From Obrimoposthia wandeli (Eukaryota): a stretch of DNA of 64,000 bases. The stretch lies in the NCBI GenBank assembly GCA_977020255.1, contig CDROCS010000572.1, positions 186,001-250,000 of the forward strand, written 5' to 3'. A program made the position numbers and the translations under genes. The notes under the pieces were generated by a model, which had not been told where the DNA came from, did no database searches, and saw only the letters and a program-made list of their open reading frames with translations. This document shows positions 40,700 through 53,566 of the stretch, piece by piece. Position 1 is the stretch's first letter, and every line of letters starts with the position of its first letter.

Positions 40700-43600
40700 T
40701 GTGTGTGGAATAAGTAGAACAGTGTGAGAAGGAGCCGAGGAAGATAAATCTAGGGGGAAGGATGAGTGGATTTCGAAAAGGAAGTTTAGATTTAGTTAAG
40801 TAAGAAAAACGGGAACCTATTAGTCGCGGAACTCAACTCCATTAGTTCGCGAAGAAGCACTCAGACAGGAATACTCTGTATCCATTAGTTCATGAAGTAG
40901 CACTCAGACAGGAATACTTTGAGACGCAGCCGCCATCTCCCATCTTCAGAAGTGAGAAGTGAGAGGTGAGTAAATTTTATATATAAAGAAAAATTATTTC
41001 TCGGTAATTGCAGAAAAATATCAGAATAGCAGAAAAATTCAGAACTACAGATATTCAAGTTAGTAAATTCGGAACTACTGATATTCAAGTTAGTAAATTC
41101 GGAACTACATTACCGCCAACTTCATCGGCTGGGCCATCTACATCGGCTGCAAAATGTTCAGGCAACTCCTGCAAAACCGCATGGGATGACAATTGCTACA
41201 CAACAACCAGTAGTTGTGTATCCGAAGAAGAAAGAGCCGGTGATGCTTACGCCAATACCACTAAGTCAGAGGGATATCGATGAAGATGATCCCAATGATG
41301 ACTTTGTGAAAAATAAATTAGAAAATAATCCAATTTTTATTTTTAACAACAACAAAAAAATTTAATATTTTATGCTTTAATTTGTTGACAAAAAATATTT
41401 TCTGAAAAGATATATTTAAAATTATTTTTGTAAAAGATAATAGATTTTTTTGAAAATAAAATAGATTTCTCAAAAAATTTAAGTTATTTTATTGATTTAT
41501 AATCAAGAAATTTATTTTAGTTAGAATTTTTGTTATTTATAGATGTTATCTTAAGAAATTTAAATGCATTGATTAGTTATTGATTCGTAAATTTAAAAAA
41601 AAATTTAATGATATAAACTTATTTGTTAAATAAAATATTTACATTAATTGAATTTTCTTGGATTAAAAATATTTCAAATTTATATATAAGTTCAAATTTA
41701 TTTATCTCTTCAATATTTAAAAAGGGAATTTACTCAATTGAAGAAACTCGTCACAAGGAAAGAGGTGAATATCCGGAAAGATATAAAGACAGGAGACTTA
41801 CGAAAGATTCAAATTAAATCAAAATTTGAATGCAGCTGCCGCTAAGAAGTGGAATCGAAAAGTGGAGATTCAGTACATGAGACTAGCTAAACGAAGAAGG
41901 ATCCTAGAATGGAATACGAAGGTTAAATTGGAGAAACAACAATTAACAGAAAAAGAAAGGTGGATATGAAGGACAAACGATGACCTGCAAGAAAAGAGAT
42001 CCTCTAAATTCAACCTAAAGATGGTTCTTTTAAAAAATTAATTTTATAAAATTATGTTTCTTTTGATTTTATTTATTTGTTACCATTACTTAAAGCGTTA
42101 TATTATTGACTAAATATTTGAAATAACCATACTAAATATAAACAATTTTATATATGAGATTTTTATAAGATGGATGATAACATAAATTGGAATAAATTAT
42201 ATATTAAAGGGTCTCCAAATTTAATGAATGATTATAAAAAAAAACAATAAACGACACTTCAGAAATTTTGTGGATAAATTATGCAATTTACTTTAAAAAT
42301 ATTTAAGTAGGATTCATTTTTTATAATTTATTTTAAAATTCCCAGAAGAATTGAAAATTTATAGTAATATTAATGAAAAATATGAAGCCGAAGAATTTCG
42401 ATTTTTTATTAAATGTTGATTATTGGTTTATTTTTTAATTTGTTATAAACATAGGGATTTGCATCATATTTGGGTAATTATACAAGAATATATCATTGAC
42501 TGAGGTTTTCAATAATAAAGTTGAAGATTATATTATAAAATAATTATGGATATATGCGACGTTTTTCATCTTTTACATGTCATATTTCATGTAGATATCC
42601 CGTTTAAGTCTTTAGATTATAAGAATAAATTTACTAATTTATATCTCAATAAATATTTTTATTTATTAAAATGGAAATAAACTTTTTTGTGAAATTTGTA
42701 TTTTTGATAAAACTGAATCTAATTTTGATATTGAAAATGGATTTTTTTATGTTTCAGATGAAATGAATGGCAAAAAGTACAAGATATTAAAAAATATTTC
42801 CCAAAATAAAGATTAAACATTTTTAATATTTCACGGGATCATCTATTAAAAATTTCGAAAAATATTTGCTGTCCATATCGTGATCATGGTGAACATTGTG
42901 CATATAAAAAGTATATAAGTCTATCTTACTATTACCTGACATGCAGATAAACAATCCTTCTAATTGGAGGAATAAAATATATTAAAATTAACATTTTCAA
43001 CCAATAAGATAAGACCATATGTGTATAAAATTTAGTATATAAGCTCTCACTTTTTTCATTTCAATCCTAGATCCTAGTCTCTTCGGATTCTACAGCCGAA
43101 TCATCCACTCAAAGGACTAACAATGAGTGAATGAACACCATCACCCAAGCAGACTTCAAAGAGAGCTCGATGCCAGTTACTCAACTCACGAACAATGACT
43201 GGATGATCAAATCACCCAGTCAAATTTCAAAATGGAGCAGCCTCAGTGGAGCGATAACAGCTGGTTGTACGAAATTGAGGAATCCGATTTCCAGTTAACA
43301 TAAGACAGCTGGATGGATGCTGTCTATGAAGAAAACTTTCAAGCAGCTGCAGTTGAATCAGCTTCATCAGGTAATTCTTGTTACGATTTTTAACATATAA
43401 ATTAAATATGTAATATGATTTATTTTATCAAGAAATTCCTTGAAACCAGCAAAGCCATCCTCTACTTCAACAGCAACGCCCTCTCCAGCGCAAGTGCCTT
43501 CGTTTATGTTCACACGCCTTAGAGGTAATGTTTAAAATAAATATTTTTAAATACATTATTGGTCTCCATAACAGTTGCATTCCAAGCTTCCCCATTCCGA

Positions 43601-45704
43601 CTTTGCCAGTCTTAAGAGGTTATTTATAAATTAAATTAAATATTTATTGATATTTTTCCAACAGCTTCGTCTTCAACGACGTCGTCGTCAGCAGCAGCTA
43701 CTGGAGCTCGAGTGGCCCAAACAATTCTTCATCCGCAGCTTGTACAGCGCTGTAGCATCAACATCAGCCACAGCATCATCAGTCGATGTAGCCTCAGTAG
43801 CATCATCTTTAATAGCCACCATATCCTTAGCAACACAACCAGACGCTGTAGCCTCAACTTCTGCCGCACCAACGTCAACAAATTCTGCAGGAATATTGAA
43901 TACAAATAGTTTTTTTCCTGTTAAATTGGGAGGTTTGTCGGCGATGGTAGGTAGAAAGAGGCAAGGCCAATTTTTTAATAACGCACCACCAAAAAATGTA
44001 GGGAAAACGGTGCTAAATATTGCATAAATAACAAATACGCTATAGTTAAAGTGCCCATGGCAAATATAATTATATTAAACGTAGGTGTACAATATTGAGA
44101 ATCTTTTAAAATCAGAGGTGACTAAATTAGGATAGGCTATGGTTCAGCTTTGTGCAGCAGTGCAGTTTAAAAATTACAATTAAGAAACTAAAACTTGGGT
44201 TATTTCACATAAAGCTTCTGTTTCCTACGATAATTTTAAAACTGAAATTTGAAGAAATTTAGATGAAAAATTGCTAATTATAACGAGTTAAGTAGTGGAT
44301 GGATTCTAGTAAGAATTCATGATGTTAGCTTTGTTTTAACAAAGTTCACTGATATGATTTATCTTTAAGGAATTTCATACAGTCCTTCATATATATATCG
44401 TCAACTCCCACGTTCCATTGTTAACGTGCAAAACAGTGATAACCTTTGCTTCCTGTATAGCGTGTTGTTTTTAAAATGAATTGCAGTATCATGAAATAGA
44501 TTTCCCTGTTAAATTGAATGCATTATCAAGATTTTAACTCATGAATAACTTGAATATTAATGTATTCAAATATACTACTAATATCCCAGTTAATGTAACA
44601 GAATGAGAAATATTTTAAAATACTTTTGTAGATGTAATTTATAGAAGCGAAAATGGGGGGACTCCGGTCAATTTAATTTTTCTCGAACACAAGAAGACTT
44701 TCCATTAACTGGAACTGCACCAGTAAACCTTTTAAATACATCAATACATGTTAAAATGTATCAGTATCCCTTAATAATGGAAGAATATGGAATCATCTTC
44801 ATCAAATCCATTTGTCATAAATTATTAGGCCTGCTGGTTTGGTATGCTCTAGTTGGAAACCTTCTTCTCATCGGCTTGTTCGGACTGTAGGCTAACTAAT
44901 CGCTCAGCCACTTCTGCATTTTCTTGTATTTTTTGTTGTTGTTTTTTTGTCAATTTTGAAACACTTGTGTAGCCAATTGGATCTTTTGGATTGGACCATA
45001 TCTTCTCCATTACAACAATTTGAATATATACAAAATTAAATTTAGGTAAAAAAGGGTTAACACCTATATCCTTAGAGGATTTTTAAAATATTTTTATGTC
45101 CGTGTCACAGCTATAATACTACTAATAATTGAAGCAACAACTGCTATAACAACCCCTATGAAATCGTATCCCTTTTTACTTTTTACATATCAATATCTTG
45201 AAGAGTTTTCTATATTTATTTAATACATTTTTCCATTTTTCAATTTTTACTCGATCCAAAATTTTATTATACAAAACTTCCAATAAATCATCTACAACAA
45301 AATATGGAAAAGCTTAAGAATACTCATTCTCTTATGAGAAGAAGCTTTGATCAAAGCTTTAAAATAGGATATGCTTCTTTGTACTTTCTTTATTTAAAAA
45401 ACTTTCATGTTTAATATTGTTTATATACGAAGCCATTTAAGTTTTCTTTTACTTCAAACTACAGACTTGATTAATTTATTCACTTCTTTTTGCTTACAGA
45501 TTCTTTTTCTCGATTTCTTAAGCTTTGATTTTACTTTAAATTACGTTTTACTATCAACTTCTTAAAAGGCACTGTAAATTAATTTTTTTATAATTGTTCT
45601 CTGTTTGGTTGTAAACAGTTAATCGTTTAGAATTAAAAATATCTGTTATAGCAAGTAGATCCTTTGGCAAGCTTGTGTAAAGTCAATAAATATATACCCA
45701 TGTG
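40700..45704 (+). mobile_element. Polinton copy A (degenerate, large internal deletion)
   Basis: Same gene order as copy C: ORF1 tail (41100-41310), coiled-coil exon (41800-42030), exonuclease-like ORF (42480-42950), Ala/Ser/Thr-rich exons and pPolB N-terminus to about 44700, then minus-strand integrase N-terminus (44720-45010), pX-like and basic ORFs, and the ATPase 3' end up to 45704. Confidence 0.88.
41043..41108 (+). repeat. 30-bp in-frame tandem duplication (TTDIQVSKFG x2) in copy A ORF1
   Basis: AACTAC(A/T)GATATTCAAGTTAGTAAATTCGG twice, plus a partial third copy. Confidence 0.9.
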
Positions 45705-46253
45705 AGTAGGTGGATGTGTCCGGTCTAATCCCCCCACCCATCCCCTCCGGGGGGCTACCACTGTCCTTTAAAACCGTGCATGTGTGTGGAGTGAATTATT
45801 CTATCTCCCTCACTAACACCCTAAAAGCTAATTAACCCCATTTAATATCCCTTAAAATTGAAAATTGCATAATGCTCCCACAGAATGAGGAAGTGCCTGA
45901 GAGGCCATCTAAGGGCCAACGCGTGCCCTTCGGGTCCGCAGTGGCCTGACGAGCAATACATATATACAGGGTCTCATTGGACGTTGAACTTAGTCAACAA
46001 AATCTTATCAAATACTACAAATTTTCAAATAAATTATTTGAATAATACGTTCTCATTGGACGTTGAACTCAGTCAACAAAAACTTAAGAAAATAGTTCTA
46101 TTTTCGAATAAAATATTGTTTTATCCAATGACATTCTTGCATCCAAACGTAGTGTAAAAATTGAAAGAAAACCTATGGATTAGTCTGTTAGTCTGTTGTT
46201 TTTTGTATATAAGGAGACTTCTGTTCATTATTTTTCATAAATCAAAATCAATA

Positions 46254-47659
46254 ATGCCTATTTTCAACAATGTTGACCTAGACGAAGAGATGGAGGTTCA
46301 GCTGTATAGGGATCTATCTCCAGTACAGCAGCGAAAGCCACCACCGACGCAGTACATTGACTTACTTAGTCAAGACTCGTCTGTGGTGAGCGAAGGAGAC
46401 GAAAGATAAGCAGCTGTCAGAGCGGAGCTGTTACTAGAAGAATCGCCATTGGCCAGCTCAACTCCGAGAGAAGAATCAATAGACGTGAGAGGTGGGGTAC
46501 ATAGATCCCAATATATCGACCTAACTAGTCAGGATTCGATTGAGAATTGGGAAGACTGTACTCCTCACCAGAACACAGAGGACACTTGTCCAGCAACTTC
46601 GGCAGTGGCAGCAAGGAGATCCAATCTATTCGACAATTTTGAGGCGGCAATCAAACGCCCCTGGAAATTGATCCCACTGTCTCAGCCGGAGATAGTTCTC
46701 GCACCAGACTCAGACGAGGAGCTGTTCACCGATGACGTACCGTTGGATGGGGAGGAGGACTTGACTTTATTCATCGACGAATGGATGCAGCCAAGTATCG
46801 GAGCCTCAGGAGCCAACGAGCCGATGATGGCAGAATTGGACGAGGACGAGTCGCGTCTGTTCATCGACGATTGGGATGGTCTCACTCCAACTCCGATAGT
46901 CGACAATACGGTGCCTGAACCATTCAGAAGTCCACAATCTCCGATACGTGCTGTTAAGAAAATAAAGGCAACGAATGAGGTTAGCCTATAAATTTATTTA
47001 AAATGTTTTTTAATTTCATTTTCAGAAACTTCAAATCAATTAACCAGCAGGAGATTATCCCATCTCCAGTGGACGACGGGCTAATTCTGTACGTGAGGAT
47101 ACCAGTCTCTCCGATAGAGATTAGTCCACCTCCCAGTCAACGACGTCTGCAGGAGACAGCACCGGCTCCATTAAACATCAGTCAAAATTTATCCAGGGCT
47201 TGGGAGACTGCTTCTCCTCATCCAGCAACCAGCCATAACTTGAAGAGGGCCTGGGATGAAGCTGGATTGGACGAATTCCGGGCTGAACTGGATACTCCGC
47301 AACTGGCAATGCTTCTAGATTCGCGAGGGCAGCAGGATGCCGTCTCACGTCAGCTTCAGCATGAGAAGGAGGCGAAATTGAAGAAAGCTCCGCGGAAGAG
47401 GAAGGCTACAACTTCTTCGTCGGGGCCATCAACATTGGCTACACCTCCTCCCAAAACGTTGCGGCAACTACTGCCAAAACCTCAGGGAACGGCAATTGCT
47501 GCACAACTGGTGAAGCCGAAAGGGAAACCTGGTCGACCAAAGAAGAAGGAGCCAGTATCGCTTACTCCGATAAAACACAGTCGGAAGGATTTCGATGAGG
47601 ATGAACCCAATGATGACTTTGTGAAGTGTTTTAAAAACAATATAATTTATAAAACATAA
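46254..47659 (+). pseudogene. Polinton ORF1: acidic/Pro-rich protein with SIM-like and AT-hook-like motifs (premature stop at 46407; intron 46980-47025)
   Basis: ORFs 46161-46409 and 46449-46991 are in one frame. Motifs YIDLLSQD, YIDLTSQD, LFIDEW, LFIDDW, KPGRPKKK. TATATAA at about 46206. Homologues at 41100-41310 and 63000-63960. Confidence 0.7.
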
Positions 47660-48019
47660 TTTTATGTGTTTTGTTTACTTTTATAAATTTATTCTAAAAA
47701 AATCTTTAAAATTTAAAATTTATTTTATAAATTTAGTAATATTAAAATACAATCATAAGTTTATTAAAATATAAAGTTGAAAATTTAAAAAAATAGTTAA
47801 CTTATTCAAATGTGATCGTATTAATTAGGAATAAAATAATTATACATGTCTTTAAATTTTTTAATTTCTAAAATATAAGTTTAAAATTTATATAGAAATG
47901 CAATGATTAGTTATGGATTTATTAAACTCTCATTAGATAAATAAAAATATATCATTTGATTGAATGTGATTGGATTAAAAAAATGTAAATTTATATACAT
48001 AGGTTCAAATTTATTAACC

Positions 48020-49220
48020 TCTTCAAAAAATAGAAGAAAACATCAGGAGAAATGAGAAGAAAGGAGATTTAGGAAAGAGGGTCCTCAATCAGAATCTGTA
48101 CGCTGCTGTCGCTATTGAGTGGAATCGTCAGGGGGAGATTCAAGATAGGCAGCTAGCAGAACGACGACGGATCGTGGAGTGGAATAAGAAAATTGAATTG
48201 GAGCAAAGGCAACTGGCTGCTAAAAGAAGAGTGGAGATGGAGGACAATCGGCGAGCTGCAAGAAAGAGAATCCTCCAGATTAAACCTGAAGAGGGTATTT
48301 TTTTTAGAGATAATTTTGAGAATATATTTTTTTTCTTTATTGATTATTTTTGTGTTACATAATTGTCTAAATATTTTACATAAGCATACTAAATATAAAA
48401 AATTTTATATGTTTTTTTAGAAAATGGATGATAAAATAAATTGGAATAAATTATACATTAAATTATCTCCAGATTCAATGGAAGATTATGAAAAAAATTA
48501 TTTCTCAAAAAATGATACTCCGGAAATTGCTGTAAATAAAATATGTAATTTACTTTCAAAATATTTAGGTATATTTACATTTAATATAATTTATTTTAAT
48601 ATTCATAGGAGAATTGAAAATATGTACCAATCTTAACTAGAAAAATGAATCCTGAGTACTTTGAAATTATAATAAATTTTTGATTAATGGTTTTTATTTT
48701 TATTCGTTATAAACAAAGGGATTTGTTACTTATATTTGTAATTATGCAAGAATATATCATAGACTTTAAGGCTTTCATTAACAAAAATTGAGATTATATT
48801 ATAAATGATTTATGTATTATGAATATATGCGACGTTTTTCATCCTTTGTATTTTATGTTGATATCCCGTTTAGGAGTTTTGATTATAAGAAAAATTTACA
48901 AATTTATATCTAACTAATTATTTTCATTTATTAAAATGGAAAGAAGGACATAAGGCTTTTTGTGAAATATGTATTTTCGATACAATTAAATCTAATTTGA
49001 TATTGAAAATGGAATTTTTTATGTTTAAGATGAAATGGAGGGCAAAAAGTATAAGACTTTAAAAAAATATTTTTCAAATTTGAGATTGAATACCTTTAAT
49101 ATTTCGCGTGATCATCTATTAAAAATTCCACGAAATATTTGCTGTCCATATCGTGATCATGGTGACCATTGCGCATATAAAAAATGTTTAAGTCTATCTT
49201 ATTATTATTTGATATGTAGA
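48020..49220 (+). pseudogene. Copy B coiled-coil/MDDK spliced gene and DEDD exonuclease-like ORF
   Basis: Homologous to copy C 62788-61700; contains stops and frameshifts; ends CCPYRDHGDHCAYKKC. Confidence 0.7.
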
Positions 49221-49452
49221 TAAACAATTCTTCTAATTGGAGAAATTCATTTTTTACAAAATCAAATTTTCATCCAATTACAAATACAAATGAAAAATAC
49301 TTTTAATTGGAGGAATAAAATATATTAAAAATATTATTTTCAACCAAAAACAGTTAAACAATCTTTCTCAGTGGAGGAATAAATTCAATATTTTCATCCA
49401 ATAAAAAAAGAGCATGAGTGCATAAAATTTAGTATATAAACAAACAAAGGAT

Positions 49453-50400
49453 ATGTATGAAGAAGTGAAACAATATTTCAAATACAAAGTCAGGTTCTTG
49501 AAGAAGTCTCAACTGATTGCTTTAGTAAACCCTGTGACAATTGAAAGAATAAAGTTCAGCTATTATCTATCAAATATTCAAAAACCAGAATTTCAATATC
49601 TTAAACAGAAAGTTGAAAAGGCAGTTCCAAATTTTACTTTCAATAAGAACGAATTTTAAATCTGAAGGCTTGATGCAGCATTTCTAGATGACTATGGAAG
49701 AGAAATATATGTTGATGCGTTTCCAAATAGAAGCAAAGGACTGTAACAATTCGATATTATGGTTACAAGTAAGATGAAATTGGAACAAAGTTATATATGT
49801 GAAAAATTGAACGTGCTCTGAGCACATTTAATTTTCTTTCATTTTGCGTGTAATAAATTGTAATCGTTTTTTTTATTTTTACTATGTTTTTTTCATTTGG
49901 CCATTAATAATCAGTTTTATTTTCATAATATTTGTATCTTACATGTATTTTTTATAAACATTGTTTTTTAATTAGTTTCTTTATTTTAAAGTGGATCCTC
50001 TTCTGAGATATGTAAAAAAAATTATTATCCAGAAAGAATTTCAAAAGGAAAACTACGTAATATATTAAAGAGGCATCAAACTATACGAGTTATCAATACT
50101 GTGAAAAAAATCAAAAGTGAAACTATTTTTGAGAAATGTTAACAACAACTGATATTGATCAATTGAAAAATATTTTGAGATTTTACATACCTGATTATGT
50201 ATATGAAGAAAATTCTTTCTAGCTTGAGACTGATCCCAGTCTGGTTTTTAGAGATAATCTAGGATATTTGATTACTCCAATTTTAGATGAAGAACTATGG
50301 ATTATTTCAATACGTCTCAATGGATATTTTGCTGATGACAGGAAAATGCAGCCTCTTTAGACTTTGAGTAAAGCCAATATGGTGTTTTATATTGAATTTA
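49453..50400 (+). pseudogene. Copy B copies of the paralogous right-arm gene pair
   Basis: MYEEVKQYFKYKVRFLKK.. and ..SIRLNGYFADD.KMQP match ORFs 53567-54019 and 53021-53425. Confidence 0.85.
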
Positions 50401-50830
50401 ATAAATATTTTGAAAAGAATTTTGACTCGTATTTTGTTTTATCTCCTATAAATTATATAAATCTGACCTAAACCTATTTTGTTTTCCTATAAATTATATA
50501 ACTGACCTAGATATTTAACAAACATGTAGTAATTTATTCATCTAAATTTTTCTTAAAAATAGTGGTTATATATTCACACAAACGTATTATTTGAAATCTA
50601 GTCTGCAATAAGCCGCCGGGGTCAATATGGATTCCAGTGATCTTCTCAAATCACCTTTGAGATTACGGTAAATTTAAAAGTAAAATACAAAAGTTGGGGA
50701 TGTACACCCCCCTCCCTTTCGGGTGGGATGGACACACATACATGAAATTTCACTCCACACACATATATAGTTTTAAAGGACAGTGGTCCCCCGGAGGAGA
50801 GTTGGATTAAACCGGACATATCCACCTACT

Positions 50831-52620
50831 TGAGAAAAATATACTGCGCAATAATTAATTGTTACCACTGCTCTCAAGCTAACATACATCTGCGATATTC
50901 TTCAATGAATAACATAATGACTTTTTGGCGAATGTGTCATTAAAGATTTTTCAACTTTCCTTTTCTAGAGCTATAGGTAGATCGTCTAATTCAGGTATTA
51001 CCAAGTTTACATTCATAACATAACCATATTCAATATGCTCCATGTCCACATTTTTCATTTCTTGCAATATTTCGTTTAATTTTATATCATCAAGTATCCA
51101 TTTAAAATCTTCTTTTGGTAAAGGTTTATCAAGAGCCCATTCGAATAAACTATTAACGTCTATGTTGTTGGATGTTTGTTTTAATATTCGACAATCCGTA
51201 AAACGGCTGAATTTGAATATATCGTTCTCCACACCATCTTGGATTTAACTACAGTCTATATATAAAAGATTCATTTCTTCATCAGCAACTACTCATTTCT
51301 TCATCAGCAACTACATGATGCTTATTGACAAATGTCATTCCTCCGCGTATACCCGAAGAGAACATGTTTTACATTTCAAGATCCTGCATCAGTTCGATCT
51401 TATATTTTAACATTTTTAGAGCACTTGTCCAGCTCAATCCTGGAATGCTAAAAATGTTAAGTGGGGCTAAACCATATTCATTGAGAGTTTTTCTTCTAAA
51501 TGTTTGAAATACATCAGCTAATAAATATACATCAGTCTTTAAATATACTAACATATAGTCCACCATATTTCTACAATTTGTTAATCCCCAAATATATTTT
51601 GGTTTTTGATATTTAGTAGCTGTGATTTTATCACTCCATTTTACTGGTAAACTTAACTTATTCTGCAGACATTGAATGAAGTAGCAAAGTCATATGAGAA
51701 TATTCCTTTTCCATCAATGAGTTCAGATGGAAAAGCCGATCTTGTTAACGGAATACTTGGTATTTTACTGGCTAAATTCTCCAAAGATGATTGTAAAAAT
51801 TGCAAAGGATCTATAAATCTCAAAGTTATTTGGCCTAATCGAACAATCATTGCTTGAATTTTTATATTTTAATAATATTTATATCCCAAACAGTAAATTT
51901 ATTCAATAAGTGTTTAAGAATAAGATGTAAATTATAATCTCTGAGATTATAAAAAACAATTGGTCAAGTTGAACGAAGTTGAACGAAGTTTTCTTGATAT
52001 ATTACATTCATTACATGCAGGACCTAGATACTTATCAGTAAAGTGATCATGATCATTAACATATTTTTCGGATGGATCGTGATAAATAACATTCATTGAC
52101 ATTGCTAAATGTATGAATATCTGCATTTGTTAATGGAATCATTACGTTTTTAAGTGCATATAAATACCATGATAATACCTTTTCTTTAGCTAAGTTATCT
52201 ATTGACTAGAGAAATTGAATTATACAGTTATCACCAACATTATAATAATACTGGGTTTCACTTTCATCTGTGCTCATAAATAACATACCAGATGCGACAG
52301 GCATATGCTTTTGATAACTCTCTTCTGGTACTAATACAGCTTCAAAATCATTGTATATGTACTGTATGACCGATCCATCAATTATATAAAGTAATAGACA
52401 TTCACATTAAGCATCACTTTGAGTAAAATGTTTACAAATCTTTTCACCCATGCATTTGTATACGACTTGACACGGGGAATTCATTTATGATAACTTATTT
52501 TACTACACTGATTATCTTCTTTGTGCTCCAGGTGTAGGTTGTGCTTCATAATGACATGTTCATCTAATATAGGCTAATGAAACCTGAAGAAAATACCTAG
52601 TTTAGTCGTCGTTAATAGCA
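50831..52620 (-). pseudogene. Protein-primed DNA polymerase B fragment (copy D)
   Basis: DHDHFTDKYLGPACNEC, RFIDPLQFL, YLKTDVYLLADVFQTFR, RGGMTFVNKH and YID/VNSLFEWAL motifs; truncated at 50831 by the copy B terminus. Confidence 0.9.
51163..51253. mobile_element. 91-bp TGT...ACA insertion with 5-bp TSD (GTCTA), solo-LTR-like
   Basis: GTCTA at 51158-62 and 51254-58; removing it restores YIDVNSLFEWAL. Confidence 0.8.
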
Positions 52621-53020
52621 ACGTGTAGTTGCTGAATTATTCTAAAACAAAGTTCTATGTAATTTTTAAAACTGAACGGAATGTCTGAAAGTTATTTTAA
52701 AGTAGACAGAGACCACCTTGACCCTAATGTTTACAAATACTTTTAACCAGACACTCATTAATATTCTTTTTACTGAAATTCTACGCTTTATTTTATTTTA
52801 CTTTGAAAATTATCTCGAAAGTGGTTAGAGAAGACCACGGTAATCCATATTGATCCCGGCGGCTTATCGCAGACGAGATTTCAAATATATTACGACTATT
52901 TTTATGAAAGATTACTACATGTTAAATATTTGGGTCAGAGAGAAAAATATATCTATATAATATAATATATATAAGGATATAAAACAAAATACGAGTCAAA
53001 ATTATTTTTCAAAACATTTA

Positions 53021-53425
53021 TTAAACATAAAACAACATATTGGCTTCACTCAAAGTCCAGAAAGGCTGCATTTTCCCGTCATCAGCAAAATATTCATTGA
53101 GACGTATTGAGATATTCCATAGTTCTTCATCTAGAATTGGAGCAATCAAATATCCTAGATCATCTTTAAAATCCAGACTGGGATCAGTTTCAAGCTCGAA
53201 ACAATTTCCTTCATATACATAATCAGGAATGTAAAATCTCAAAATATTTTTCAATTGATCAATATCAGATGTTGTTAAAATTTCGATGAGATATTTATTC
53301 TCCACTTTTGATATTTTCACAGGATTCATAACTCGTATAATTTGATGCCTCTTTAATATATTACATAGTTTTCCTTTTGAAATTCTTTCTGGATAATAAA
53401 AATTTGCAACACATCTCTTATCCAT
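53021..53425 (-). CDS. Polinton right-arm protein 2 (134 aa), possibly OB-fold/SSB-like
   Basis: Intact ORF from MDKRCV; C-terminal WNISIRLNEYFADDGKMQPFWTLSEA. Confidence 0.65.
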   Translation of the reverse strand: MDKRCVANFYYPERISKGKLCNILKRHQIIRVMNPVKISKVENKYLIEILTTSDIDQLKNILRFYIPDYVYEGNCFELETDPSLDFKDDLGYLIAPILDEELWNISIRLNEYFADDGKMQPFWTLSEANMLFYV

Positions 53426-53566
53426 TCTAAAATAAGGAAACTGATTAAAAACAATGTTTATAAAAAAATACACATAAGATACAAATAAGATACAAATAAA
53501 ACTGATTATTAATTGCCAAATGAAAGAAACACAGTAAAACCGATTACAATTTATTACACGCAAAAG

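Larger units (their letters stand above)
45705..50830 (+). mobile_element. Polinton copy B: 5.1-kb non-autonomous unit with both termini
   Basis: Inverted termini AGTAGGTGGATGTGTCCGGTCTAATCC / AGTAGGTGGATATGTCCGGTTTAATCC (25/27). Left-arm genes run to about 49440 and join directly to right-arm genes homologous to 52840-54000. Confidence 0.88.

Noticed and set aside
40820-40920. Direct repeats (CCATTAGTTC...GCACTCAGACAGGAATACT) that resemble a CRISPR array
   Set aside because: Only two copies, forming an internal duplication within Polinton ORF1 coding sequence; eukaryotic context and no cas genes.
45699-50836. 6-bp target-site duplication around copy B
   Set aside because: The flanks CATGTG and TGAGAA differ, and each belongs to a different disrupted gene.
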